The notes under the pieces were generated by a model. The model did not search any database. It was not told the origin of the DNA and saw nothing but the letters and a program-made list of their open reading frames with translations. Source: Acidobacteriota bacterium (GTDB taxonomy: Bacteria > Acidobacteriota > UBA6911 > RPQK01 > CBDAPI01). From it: DNA of 64,000 nt. Positions 42,950-52,592 of this stretch are shown piece by piece (position 1 is the first letter of the stretch; each line of letters starts with the position of its first letter). The position numbers and the translations under genes are program-made. The DNA is taken from positions 19,600 to 83,599 of the forward strand of contig CBDBGQ010000039.1 of NCBI GenBank assembly GCA_965205345.1. The letters run 5' to 3'.

Positions 42950-44575
42950 ATGAAAAAGCTGTTCCCAGCCCTCCTGTTGGCAGTCCTTCTGGTCTCCTGT
43001 GCCGAATCGCCGGCTCCCGAAAAAGCCCCATCCCCGCCCTCGGACTTCAGGCTGGTCCTGGTCCTGGCCATTGATCAGTTCCGGACGGACTACCTGGATC
43101 GCTTTGCGCCCGTCCTCAAAGGCGGGCTGGCAAGGCTGGCCGAGCGGGGAGTCTTTTTTGTCGATGGCCACCAGGATCACGCCGTCACCAATACCGGCCC
43201 GGGGCATGCCTCCATTTCGACAGGGGCTTACCCGAGCCGGTCCGGAATCATCACCAACCAGTGGTTCGACAAGCAGAGAGGGATCTCCATGTATTGCGTC
43301 GGCGACGCCAACTGGCCCCTGATCGGGTCCATCGCCCCGGGTGGCCGCTCGCCGAACAATCTCCAGGTCTCTGCCCTGCCCGACTGGATGAAGGAGCAGT
43401 GGCCCGCTTCGAAGGTCTTCACGGCCAGTTACAAAGACCGGGCAGCCATTCTACTGGGGGGACACGGAGCGGACGGAGCCTACTGGTACAGCGGCGGGGA
43501 CTTCGTGACGAGCACCTACTACCAGACCAGCTACCCCCGGTGGGTCACTGATTTCAATGACCGCAACCTGCCCGATGAATATTTTGGAAAGCTGTGGGAA
43601 CCTCTCCCGGTCGATGAAAGTGTCAAGAAGTCGATTTCCATTGAGACCACTGACTTTGGATGGTTCGAGCGCGGATTTCCGCACGCTCTTGGGGGCCGCA
43701 GCTTCCGCCCGGGACCGTCCTTTTATTCATCTTTCGCCATCAGCCCCATGCTCGACGGGTACCTTGCCGAGTTTGCGAAAGAGCTGATCGTTCGGGAAGC
43801 CATCGGTCAGGACGAGAGCCCCGATTACCTTGGATTGTCTTTTTCCGCTCCCGACCTGGTGGGGCACAGCTACGGGCCCAACAGCCCTGAACTCCTGGAT
43901 ACGCTAATCCGTCTGGACACCTATATCGGGGATCTGCTCGACTTCATCGACCAGCACATTGGATTGGATGGGACACTCATCGCACTGAGCGCGGATCATG
44001 GAGTCTGCCCCATGCCGGAATTTCAGCAGGCAAACGGTCTTCCCGGGCGCCGTGCCGATGAGGAGGATACCGCCTGCTGGCAGAATCAGATCAGCGAGAT
44101 CTCTTCCCGCCTGGGGGTCGAGGCGGCCTGGCTGCTAGACGATTTCTACCTGGACTACGAGTTGATTGAGCAGATGGAGCTCGACCCTGCCAGGGTTGAA
44201 AAAGTGGCGGCCGAAGTGCTCGAGGAGTGCCCCGCGATCCGACGCATCTGGACCCGGACGGAACTGCTCACCGAATCCGACGATCCCTTTCACCGGCTGT
44301 TCAAGAACAGCTTTCACCTGGAGCGGAGCCCGGACCTGATGCCCCAGCTGGAGGAGTACCAGGTGGCAACCAGCCTCGGGACCACTCATGGATCACCGTA
44401 CCGCTATGACACCCACGTACCCATCCTCTTTTTTCAGCCGGGCGTGGCACCGAAACGAGTCGAAGGCCGGGTTCGAACCATTGACATGGCCCCTACTCTG
44501 GCCGAGATCCTGGGCCTCGAGATCCCTCCCCATGTCCAGGGTCGAAGTCTGGTTTCTGACTTCAAAGAAGACTGA
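42950..44575 (+). CDS. alkaline phosphatase / nucleotide pyrophosphatase-phosphodiesterase family lipoprotein
   Basis: Lipobox LLVSC after MKKLFPALLLAVL. AIDQFRTDYL, TNTGPGHASISTG and SADHG motifs. The start was set at ATG 42950. Confidence 0.85.
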   Translation: MKKLFPALLLAVLLVSCAESPAPEKAPSPPSDFRLVLVLAIDQFRTDYLDRFAPVLKGGLARLAERGVFFVDGHQDHAVTNTGPGHASISTGAYPSRSGIITNQWFDKQRGISMYCVGDANWPLIGSIAPGGRSPNNLQVSALPDWMKEQWPASKVFTASYKDRAAILLGGHGADGAYWYSGGDFVTSTYYQTSYPRWVTDFNDRNLPDEYFGKLWEPLPVDESVKKSISIETTDFGWFERGFPHALGGRSFRPGPSFYSSFAISPMLDGYLAEFAKELIVREAIGQDESPDYLGLSFSAPDLVGHSYGPNSPELLDTLIRLDTYIGDLLDFIDQHIGLDGTLIALSADHGVCPMPEFQQANGLPGRRADEEDTACWQNQISEISSRLGVEAAWLLDDFYLDYELIEQMELDPARVEKVAAEVLEECPAIRRIWTRTELLTESDDPFHRLFKNSFHLERSPDLMPQLEEYQVATSLGTTHGSPYRYDTHVPILFFQPGVAPKRVEGRVRTIDMAPTLAEILGLEIPPHVQGRSLVSDFKED

Positions 44576-44605
44576 AAACCCCTGGGGTGCGACCAGGTTC
44601 CTAAT

Positions 44606-44640
44606 CGTGGAACCTGGAACCTGGAACGTGGAACCTGGAA
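44606..44640. repeat. heptamer array CGTGGAA CCTGGAA CCTGGAA CGTGGAA CCTGGAA
   Basis: Read directly. A mixed array that links the CGTGGAA and GAACCYN unit types. Confidence 0.9.
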
Positions 44641-44770
44641 CTCCAGGAGCACGAAGGGACCCTTTGAGGTAAAATTTGGGCTTGCCTCTCGAGACATGAT
44701 CGGCTATCAGTGTTCGGGACGCGTCACTGAAACCATGTAGTAGTTTCCTCCACATCTCGGAGAAAAGACC

Positions 44771-45790
44771 ATGCAAACTGGCATCAACCGCGCCTTCATC
44801 CTGATGGCTCTTGCCGCCTGGCTCTGGATTCCGGGAGGAGCCGTTCTTGCTCAGGACCCGATGGAAGCGCCGGACGGGATTCCGGTCGAGTCGGACTGGC
44901 TTTATCGCAGGCACTACACCCAGGTCCAGGAGATCATGCAGGCTCCCCTGTATGAGCGGGAGCCGAAGCTGGAGAACTTCCATCGGAAGCTTCACGCCCG
45001 GGCCAAGATGCGCCAGGTCATGGTCAGCTTTTTCGGACAGCTCGTGAAGGACTACGAGGCCGCCGGGCAGAGCCAGGAGGCCAAGGCCTTGACCGCCAGG
45101 ATGATGGATCTTTTTCCGCAGCTGAAGCCGACGCCCGAACAGATACTTGGACAGGCCTATCTGAGCAAGAACTACGCCGAGGTCATCGAACTGGGTGAGC
45201 AGTTGTACGCCGCGAAGCCGGATTCTACACTTGCCGCCATGCTGGCTGACAGTTACATCGCGACTCAAAATGGGCCCAAGGCGCTTGAATACAGCCAGAA
45301 GGCGCTCCGGGCACTCGGCAGCAAAGAAGGAGTTTACTTTGCTGTGTGGCTGGCAGAGTACTACACGAACCAGCAGGACATGAATCACGCTCTGCAGTAT
45401 TACGACCAGCTCCTGGCAACCTTCCCCGACCAGGTCCCGTCGGGGTGGGATGCCCAGCGTTGGTCCCAGATTCTCGGAACGGCTTACCAGCTGAAGGCCA
45501 ACGATGCCTATCTGAGAACGGACTACAAGTCGGCCATCCAGCAGTTCTACGAGTCGCTAAGGTATTCACCCCAGAATGAACAGGCGTATCTGTTCATCGG
45601 CCTGGCCCACTGGAAGGAGACGGAGATGGTCGAGGCCATGGGAGCGTTTGCCATGGCCGCGGTGCTGGACAGGCCCGCTTCGGCCAAGGCCCGCGGTTAC
45701 CTGGAGCAAATCTACAAGTCCCGCAACAGTGATTCGCTGGACGGCATCGAGGAACTGCTCGATAGCGCGAGACAGGCGCTGGATCAATAG
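44771..45790 (+). CDS. TPR-repeat protein with signal peptide
   Basis: N-terminal LMALAAWLWIPGGAVLAQ signal and repeated A/Y/L TPR-like helices (ALEYSQKAL..., ALQYYDQLL..., AIQQFYESL...). Confidence 0.65.
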   Translation: MQTGINRAFILMALAAWLWIPGGAVLAQDPMEAPDGIPVESDWLYRRHYTQVQEIMQAPLYEREPKLENFHRKLHARAKMRQVMVSFFGQLVKDYEAAGQSQEAKALTARMMDLFPQLKPTPEQILGQAYLSKNYAEVIELGEQLYAAKPDSTLAAMLADSYIATQNGPKALEYSQKALRALGSKEGVYFAVWLAEYYTNQQDMNHALQYYDQLLATFPDQVPSGWDAQRWSQILGTAYQLKANDAYLRTDYKSAIQQFYESLRYSPQNEQAYLFIGLAHWKETEMVEAMGAFAMAAVLDRPASAKARGYLEQIYKSRNSDSLDGIEELLDSARQALDQ

Positions 45791-45797
45791 GATTCAG

Positions 45798-45968
45798 TTC
45801 CACGTTTCACGTCTTTCTCTGGGATCTGAAATCGAGAGGGCCGCGATTCGGACAGTTTCTTCTCACTTGGTTCAAGGGTTAAAGGTCAACAGTCGAAAGT
45901 CGAATTTCCCAACTCGGCAAAGCGTTGCCAAACCAGGTGACGTGGAACGTGAAACGTGAAACGTGGAA
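45798..45968. repeat. inverted heptamer-array element V: (TTYCACG)2 - core with internal NGTYNAA array - (CGTGRAA)4
   Basis: 45798-45811 reads TTCCACG TTTCACG. An internal GGTTCAA GGGTTAA AGGTCAA .. AGTCGAA AGTCGAA run lies at about 45869-45905. 45941-45968 has four CGTGRAA units ending 4 nt before ATG 45973. Confidence 0.8.
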
Positions 45969-45972
45969 CCGA

Positions 45973-48306
45973 ATGAAAGCCATGGCAAGATCTCCTATCC
46001 CCAAGTTCATTGGTGCCCGTGTCCGGCGCCGTGAAGACCCCGGACTGATCACTGGTGAAGGCCGCTACGTGGCGGACATCCACAGCGGGGAGGCTTTGAA
46101 TGCAGTCTTCCTGCGCAGTCCCTATGCACATGCTCGAATCCAGCGCATTGACACAGCCCAGGCCGAGAAGTGCCGCGGCGTCGTGGCGGTTCTGTCGGGT
46201 GCAGATCTCAATCCTGAGGTGGTGGGATCGCTATCGGTCATCGCAGCGGCACCCTGCGGAGAGTACGAAAGAGTGCAGGAACCAGATCGCCAGCTGCTCC
46301 AGAGTGAGCGAGTCCGCTTCATGGGCGATCCGGTTGCCGTGGTCGTCGCCGAAACAGCGGCGGCAGCCGAGGACGCCGCGGAACAGATTCTGGTCGACTA
46401 CGATCCCCTGCCGGTGGCGGCCTCACTCGCTCGGGCCCTGGCTGCGGAAGCTCCCAGGTTGCATCCGGAGGGGAATGAAGCGTACTCCTGGACAACCGAA
46501 GGGGGAGATGTGGACCGCGCTTTTGCCGAGGCAGACGTGGTTACCGAGCTGGAGGTCCGGGTACAGCGGGTGATTCCAAATGCGATGGAGCCCCGGGCCG
46601 TCCTGGCCTCCTATGATCCGGAGACAGAATCGCTCACGATCTGGTCCACGACGCAGATACCTCACGGGCTGCGAGACGAACTGGCACAGGTGATCGGGGT
46701 CCCACCGGAAAGGATTCGTGCCATTGCCCCCGAAGTCGGCGGGGGTTTTGGTGCGAAATGCAATATTTATCCGGAGGAAGTACTGGTTCCCCTGCTGGCT
46801 CGCCGACTCGGACGCCTGGTCCGCTGGGTGGCTTCGCGCAGTGAAGACTACCTGGCGACCGTCCACGGACGGGATCAGACCAACAGGATTCGACTGGCGG
46901 CTACCAGCGAGGGTCGTGTTCTGGGAGCCGAGCTTTCCGTGACAGCGGATTGTGGGGCCTACCTCGGTCGCGTAACCGCCTCAGTCGGGCCCCTGACAGG
47001 AGTGATGATGACCGGGATTTACGCGATCCCCCATGCCCGGTCTCGTGTCCGGGGAGTGTTCACGAACAAACCTCCCATGGAGCCTTATCGGGGGGCCGGG
47101 AGGCCCGAGGCCTGCTACATGATCGAAAGAGGGATGGACCATCTGGCACGCGAGCTCTCCCTCGATCCCATCGAGCTGAGAAGGAGGAATTTTATTCCTC
47201 CTGACCGTTTCCCGTACACCACGGCTCTGGGGCTGACCTACGACAGCGGGGATTACGCTCGACCTGTGGAGAAGGCTCTGCGCTTGATCGACTACGAAGG
47301 ACTGCGCTCCGAACAGTCGCGGCGACTCCAGGAAGGAGCCCATCCGCTGGGGATCGGTGTCTCAGGTTATGTCGAGATCTGCGGCTTTGGGCCCTGGGAG
47401 TCTGGATCGGTTGAGGTGGGGCCGGACGGGAGTGTAGTGGTTCTCACGGGCACTTCTCCAACTGGTCAGGGACACGAGACGAGCTGGGCCCAGATTGTGG
47501 CTGAGATTCTTCAGGTCCCCATCGATCGAATCGAAGTCAAGCATGGGGACACGGCTATCGTTCGCGAGGGGATTGGTACCTTCGGCAGCCGCAGCGCTCC
47601 CGTCGGGGGTACGGCAGTCCTGCAGAGTTCCGAAATCGTCCAGGAGGGGGCCAGGCGGATTGCCGGCCATCTGCTGGAGGCCGCCGTGGCGGACATCAGG
47701 CTGGAGGAGGGCGAGTTCCGGGTGGTGGGAAGCCCGGGCCACCGGGTGAGCTGGGTGGTGGTGGCCGCTGCCGCATACAGCGAGAGTTTACCCGAGGATC
47801 TGCGAGGGAAGCTCCACTCCGAGGGACGCTTTGAACCTGAAGGGGAGACCTATCCTTTTGGCTTTCATTTCTGTGTCATTGAAATCGACCCGGAAACAGG
47901 ATCGGTCCGGATCCTTCGCTACCTGTCGGTGGACGACTGCGGGCGTGTCATCAATCCACTGCTGGTCGAGGGACAGGTCCACGGGGGTATTGCTCAAGGC
48001 ATCGGCCAGGCTCTATTCGAGGCAGCCCATTACGATGAGAATGGAAGCCTCCTGACCGGAACCCTGATGGACTATGCAGTGCCGAAAGCCCATCAATTGC
48101 CGAGCTTTGAGACGAGCCGAACAGAAACCCCCACCCACTTGAATCCGCTGGGGGTGAAAGGGATTGGCGAAGCGGCCACCATCGGCTCCACTCCTGCCGT
48201 CGTGAATGCAGTGGTGGATGCACTGGCTCACCTGGGAGTCGACCACCTCGACACTCCCCTCACGCCTGAGAGAATCTGGCGGGCAATGCGGTCGAGAAGG
48301 AAATGA
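45973..48306 (+). CDS. xanthine dehydrogenase family molybdopterin-binding subunit (CoxL form-II-like)
   Basis: RRREDPGLITGEGRYVADI N-terminus, PYRGAGRPEA (AYRGAGR-type) active-site loop, and a C-terminal GVKGIGEAATIGSTPAV. The start was set at ATG 45973, downstream of the repeat array. Confidence 0.9.
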   Translation: MKAMARSPIPKFIGARVRRREDPGLITGEGRYVADIHSGEALNAVFLRSPYAHARIQRIDTAQAEKCRGVVAVLSGADLNPEVVGSLSVIAAAPCGEYERVQEPDRQLLQSERVRFMGDPVAVVVAETAAAAEDAAEQILVDYDPLPVAASLARALAAEAPRLHPEGNEAYSWTTEGGDVDRAFAEADVVTELEVRVQRVIPNAMEPRAVLASYDPETESLTIWSTTQIPHGLRDELAQVIGVPPERIRAIAPEVGGGFGAKCNIYPEEVLVPLLARRLGRLVRWVASRSEDYLATVHGRDQTNRIRLAATSEGRVLGAELSVTADCGAYLGRVTASVGPLTGVMMTGIYAIPHARSRVRGVFTNKPPMEPYRGAGRPEACYMIERGMDHLARELSLDPIELRRRNFIPPDRFPYTTALGLTYDSGDYARPVEKALRLIDYEGLRSEQSRRLQEGAHPLGIGVSGYVEICGFGPWESGSVEVGPDGSVVVLTGTSPTGQGHETSWAQIVAEILQVPIDRIEVKHGDTAIVREGIGTFGSRSAPVGGTAVLQSSEIVQEGARRIAGHLLEAAVADIRLEEGEFRVVGSPGHRVSWVVVAAAAYSESLPEDLRGKLHSEGRFEPEGETYPFGFHFCVIEIDPETGSVRILRYLSVDDCGRVINPLLVEGQVHGGIAQGIGQALFEAAHYDENGSLLTGTLMDYAVPKAHQLPSFETSRTETPTHLNPLGVKGIGEAATIGSTPAVVNAVVDALAHLGVDHLDTPLTPERIWRAMRSRRK

Positions 48307-48313
48307 TGACGGC

Positions 48314-48348
48314 GGTTGACCGTGGAACGTGGACCGTGGACCGTGGAA
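48314..48348. repeat. heptamer array GGTTGAC CGTGGAA CGTGGAC CGTGGAC CGTGGAA
   Basis: Lies between the convergent stops of coxL-like (48306) and hpf-like (48359). Confidence 0.9.
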
Positions 48349-48358
48349 CGGTGTTGCG

Positions 48359-48670
48359 CTAGTGTTCGAACTGGTCTTTGAGCTTGACGATCCGGCGAAG
48401 GGCTCGATCGGCCGATAGCGAGGCGGCCTGCACAGGATCTTCAGCCAGGGCACTCGTGAAAACGTCCTCCCAGCGCTCCATCTTCACATGCACGCTGCAG
48501 CGCTTGTCCGGACCTCCACGCGGTCCGTTCTCGTCATCCACAACGACATCGACGTGACGGATCCTGTCGCTGAACCTGTCAAAAGCGAAACGAATACGAC
48601 GTTCAATCTGTTCTCGACTCTGTTCGTTCAAATGACAGTGTCGTTCCTTCACATTCACTTCCATTCGCAT
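48359..48670 (-). CDS. HPF/RaiA-family ribosome-associated protein (short form)
   Basis: RIRHVDVVVDDENGPRGGPDKRCSVHVKM... resembles S30AE/HPF-family small proteins. GAAGGGA RBS before ATG 48670. Confidence 0.6.
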   Translation of the reverse strand: MRMEVNVKERHCHLNEQSREQIERRIRFAFDRFSDRIRHVDVVVDDENGPRGGPDKRCSVHVKMERWEDVFTSALAEDPVQAASLSADRALRRIVKLKDQFEH

Positions 48671-48766
48671 TTCCCTTCGTGAAGCACCTGCCAACTACTA
48701 TAACTGATTCCCGGACCCAGAATGGGATGATCGCGTCACACATTGACAAGGGTCAATGACAACAGA

Positions 48767-48801
48767 CGTGGAACGTGGAACCTGGAACCTGGAACGTGCA
48801 A
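48767..48801. repeat. heptamer array CGTGGAA x2, CCTGGAA x2, CGTGCAA, abutting a stop codon
   Basis: The last unit ends at 48801, and the stop codon of the gluconolactonase-like gene is at 48802-48804. Confidence 0.9.
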
Positions 48802-49893
48802 TTAGGTAATGTGCGCCCCCTGGGCTTCCACGTACACGGCGTAGAGCGACTGGCTGGCGGTCATGAACAGACGGTTGCGCTTGGTGCCTCCAAAGCACAC
48901 GTTGCCGCAGATCTCGGGCAGGCGAATCTGACCGATGCGTTCTCCGTCCGGGGCAAAGACGTGCACTCCATCATAGCCGTCTCCGACCCAGCCGGCGCTG
49001 GCCCAGATGTTTCCATCCCTGTCTGCCCGTATGCCGTCGGCCAACCCGGTCTTACCCTCCAGTTCCATGGACGTGAACTCCCTTCCCCCGGAGAGCCTGA
49101 CCGAGTCGATCACATCCCAGACCTTGATGTTCCGAGCGGATCCCGTGTCACTCACATAGAGCTTCCGATAGTCAGGAGAGAAGCACAGCCCGTTCGGCTT
49201 TTCGATCTCGTCGGTCACCTTGCCAAGCTTCCCATTCTGCGGATCGATCCGGTAGATGGCCTCTTTGATCTCGAGCACGCTCTTCTTTCCTTCGTAATGG
49301 ATCATGCTTCCGTAACCGGGATCGGTAAACCAGAGACCTCCGTCCGGGTGAACGATCGCATCATTGGGAGCATTCAGCGGCTTCCCTTCCCAGTTGTCGG
49401 CCAGAACCGTAAAGGATCCATCGTACTCGTAGCGAACCACTCGACGATTTCCATGCTCACAGGAGATCTGGCGGCCTCGGAAATCGAAAGTGTTCCCGTT
49501 GCTGTTTCCAGAAGGGTGACGGAAGGTGCTGACCTGTCCATTCTCTTCCAGCCAGCGCAGCTGAACATTGTTGGGAATGTCACTCCAGACCAGGTAACGG
49601 CCAACTCCGTTCCAGGCAGGACCCTCCGACCACAACATTTTCTTGCTGTGGTAAAGACGCTGGATGGGAGTGTTCCCGAGTTTGTATTTCGAGAAGCGCT
49701 GATCCAGGACGACGATGTCGGGATCCGGATAGCGCACCGGCCCAGCGTTGGGGCTGTACCGATCCTGAACGAGTCCGGCTCCGGCAAGTCCGGCGGCTCC
49801 CGCCACAAAGGAGCGGCGACCCATCCGTACTCTTGCAGGCCGCAGTTCCGGGTTTTCTTTTGCCACTCTACTCTCTGTCAATGGGTTCTTCAT
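48802..49893 (-). CDS. SMP-30/gluconolactonase/LRE family protein with Tat signal
   Basis: RRSFVAGAAGLAGAGL twin-arginine signal and beta-propeller motifs (GLCFSPDYRKLYVSDTG, ADGIRADRDGNIW). Confidence 0.85.
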   Translation of the reverse strand: MKNPLTESRVAKENPELRPARVRMGRRSFVAGAAGLAGAGLVQDRYSPNAGPVRYPDPDIVVLDQRFSKYKLGNTPIQRLYHSKKMLWSEGPAWNGVGRYLVWSDIPNNVQLRWLEENGQVSTFRHPSGNSNGNTFDFRGRQISCEHGNRRVVRYEYDGSFTVLADNWEGKPLNAPNDAIVHPDGGLWFTDPGYGSMIHYEGKKSVLEIKEAIYRIDPQNGKLGKVTDEIEKPNGLCFSPDYRKLYVSDTGSARNIKVWDVIDSVRLSGGREFTSMELEGKTGLADGIRADRDGNIWASAGWVGDGYDGVHVFAPDGERIGQIRLPEICGNVCFGGTKRNRLFMTASQSLYAVYVEAQGAHIT

Positions 49894-50000
49894 CCTTGGG
49901 CTCCTTGATTGGACGGGGTCGGGGTTCGCTTTCTCCAGGTTGCGATCAGGGCCAGCACCCCTTCACCCCCAGCACCGGAGGCTGCTCATCTCTTCGCTTT

Positions 50001-50042
50001 AAGTTGAAGGTTAAAGGTTGAAGGTTGAAGGTTCAAGGTTGA
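50001..50042. repeat. heptamer array AGTTGAA GGTTAAA GGTTGAA GGTTGAA GGTTCAA GGTTGAT
   Basis: Read directly. Lies 60 nt upstream of the polB start. Confidence 0.9.
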
Positions 50043-50101
50043 TCCACCAAAATCGGGGGCCTTCCCTGACTACCGCCCGGGGCGCTATTCTGGATCCAGC
50101 G

Positions 50102-52420
50102 ATGGAAACTCGCGGCTTCATCCTCCAACCCACCTACCGCATCGAATCGGGCCGGCCTGTCGTGCATCTGTTCGGACGTCTCGAGACAGGAGAGCCCTTT
50201 CTGGTCCGTGACGATCGGGAAATCCCTCACTTCTACATCAATCGAGACGACCGTGAGAGGGCTGAGGCAGCAGGAGCCACTCGAATCGTGAGTTCCCGCC
50301 GCGAGACCATGGACGGGCTTCCCGTGGCACGCGTTGAGGTCGCGATTCCCTCCCAAACACCTCCCCTGCGCTCCCGTCTCCAGAAGGCCGGCATCCCCTG
50401 CTACGAGTCGGATGTTCGCTTTGCGATGCGGTATCTCATCAACCGGGGCATTCAGGGATCCCTCTCGATCGAGGGACCTGCCCGACCTGACCCGAACCTG
50501 GGTCAGGTGTACGAAAACCCAGCGGTCTCCGGGGCCGACTGGGGGCCACGTCTGTCTGTTCTCTCCATTGATATCGAGACCGACCCAAAGGCTCAGAATC
50601 TGCTCTCGGTGGCCCTTCACGGCTGTGGTCAGTCCGAGGTTCTGATTAGAGATGACCGAAACCGGGAGATGCCCCCGGGCGCATTCTCCTTTCCGAATCA
50701 GAGAGAACTGCTCGAAGCCTTCTCGGCTCGAGTTCGGGAGCTCGACCCGGACGTCATCACGGGATGGAACGTGGTCGATTTCGATTTCATGGTCCTGCTC
50801 CGTCTCGCTTCCCGCCTGGGCCTGAAACTGAGACTGGGAAGGGGATTCGAGGAGGCCCGACTGCGTAGTTCCCGCTCCCCCTGGGCGAGTTACGAAGCTC
50901 TTCTTCCCGGGAGAGTGGTTGTTGACGGGATTCAACTCCTGCGAGGTTCGTTCGTGAAGATGGAGAACTACTCCCTGGAGTCAGTGGCTTCCAGTGTTCT
51001 GGGGGAAACCAAGACGATCACAGGTCATGATCGGGCTGCTGAGATTTTCTGCAACTACGAAAGCGACCTGGAACGCTTCATTGAGTACAACCGAAACGAT
51101 GCCCGTCTGGCTCTGAAGATCCTGGAAAAGCTGAAGCTTTTCGAGCTGGCGGTGCAACGCAGCATGCTGACGGGACTGCCGATCGATCGAGTGTCCGGGT
51201 CCATTGCAGCCTTCGATTTCCTCTATTTGAGTCGCCTTCACGAACGAGGAATCGTGGCACCCAGCGTTGGCTCCAGCGACACGTCGACCTCGAATCCTGG
51301 TGGTCACGTACTCGAGCCCAAACCCGGACTGCACGAACATGTTCTGGTGTTCGACTTCAAGAGCCTGTACCCCAGCCTCATCCGGACCTTCCACATCGAC
51401 CCTCTGGGATACGTGGAGGAACCGGTTGAGGATCCAGAGTTGATCGTCGCTCCCAACGGCGCCGCCTTTCGACGCCAGTCAGGGATCCTTGCGCAGCTCC
51501 TCGATGGGCTTTTTCCCCGGCGCGAGGCTGCCCAGGCAGAGGGAGACCAGGTGGCCAGCCATGCGATCAAGATCCTGATGAATTCCTTTTACGGGGTGCT
51601 GGGGACACCGGCCTGCCGCTTTTTTCGCCCCCAGCTTGCTGGTGCCATCACAACCCTCGGTCGCGAGATCCTTCTCTGGTCCAAGCAGCGTGCTGAAGGA
51701 TGCGGCTTCGAAGTACTCTACGGAGACACAGACAGTCTCTTTGTCCAGTCGAATCAGTCCAATCCACAGGCAGCACTGGAGGAAGGTCTGAAACTGGTAG
51801 AAGGTTTGAATGCTGACCTGACCAGCTTCGTTACAGAGCGGTGGGGCGTTGAAAGCCGGCTCGAGCTGGAACTCGAAAGGCTTTACCGAAAGCTGCACCT
51901 TCCATCGGTGCGTCACGGGACCGCCGGAGCCCGCAAGCGCTATGTGGGACTTATCGGCGAGGACGAGGCCTCGGAGATCGTTTTCACAGGAATGGAAGTG
52001 GTGCGACGAGACTGGACGGGATTGGCTAAACAGGTTCAGAGGGAACTCTACCGCCGGCTCTTCGATGGGGAAGAGGTGGCCACCTACCTGGAGGGAATCG
52101 TGTCCGATCTCAGGGCGGGTCGCCTCGATGAATTTCTGGTGTATCGCAAGGGACTCCGGAAGAGCATCGACGAGTACACGTCCACCACGCCTCCGCACGT
52201 AGCAGCGGCACGCAAGCTCTCCAGCCCTCCCGGTCGAATCATCTCCTACCTGATGACAAGCGATGGTCCCGAACCGTTCGAGGAGTCCAGCCACCCCATT
52301 GACTACGAGCACTACGTCCAGAAGCAGGTTCGCCCCATCGCGGAGCCCATCCTGGAACTCCTGGGTCAGGACTTCGACAAGGTGATCGGGGATGACCGTC
52401 AACTCGAGCTCTTCTTCTAG
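50102..52420 (+). CDS. polB: DNA polymerase II (family B)
   Basis: Exo motifs SIDIETD and YNRNDARL; pol motifs DFKSLYPSLI, KILMNSFYG and YGDTDSLFV. The start was set at ATG 50102 (METRGFILQPTY). Confidence 0.95.
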   Translation: METRGFILQPTYRIESGRPVVHLFGRLETGEPFLVRDDREIPHFYINRDDRERAEAAGATRIVSSRRETMDGLPVARVEVAIPSQTPPLRSRLQKAGIPCYESDVRFAMRYLINRGIQGSLSIEGPARPDPNLGQVYENPAVSGADWGPRLSVLSIDIETDPKAQNLLSVALHGCGQSEVLIRDDRNREMPPGAFSFPNQRELLEAFSARVRELDPDVITGWNVVDFDFMVLLRLASRLGLKLRLGRGFEEARLRSSRSPWASYEALLPGRVVVDGIQLLRGSFVKMENYSLESVASSVLGETKTITGHDRAAEIFCNYESDLERFIEYNRNDARLALKILEKLKLFELAVQRSMLTGLPIDRVSGSIAAFDFLYLSRLHERGIVAPSVGSSDTSTSNPGGHVLEPKPGLHEHVLVFDFKSLYPSLIRTFHIDPLGYVEEPVEDPELIVAPNGAAFRRQSGILAQLLDGLFPRREAAQAEGDQVASHAIKILMNSFYGVLGTPACRFFRPQLAGAITTLGREILLWSKQRAEGCGFEVLYGDTDSLFVQSNQSNPQAALEEGLKLVEGLNADLTSFVTERWGVESRLELELERLYRKLHLPSVRHGTAGARKRYVGLIGEDEASEIVFTGMEVVRRDWTGLAKQVQRELYRRLFDGEEVATYLEGIVSDLRAGRLDEFLVYRKGLRKSIDEYTSTTPPHVAAARKLSSPPGRIISYLMTSDGPEPFEESSHPIDYEHYVQKQVRPIAEPILELLGQDFDKVIGDDRQLELFF

Positions 52421-52481
52421 AACCAGCAGGTCTGAAGAATGGGAGGAGGGCACCGGGCCAGTGGTTTGCTTGCACCCGTCC

Positions 52482-52562
52482 GTAGGGCACGGTTATCAAC
52501 CGTGCCGAACTGAACTCGCTGGCAGCCTGCTACGTTCGGCACGCCAGATTGGCGTGCCCTAC
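52482..52562. repeat. REPIN-like doublet of GTAG-headed palindromes in inverted orientation
   Basis: GTAGGGCACGGttatcaaCCGTGCC (52482-52506) and GGCACGCCagattGGCGTGCCCTAC (52538-52562). GAAC/GTTC flanks extend the pairing. Confidence 0.75.
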
Positions 52563-52592
52563 AATGGCCACGGAGGGTTCTCCTACGCTGAC

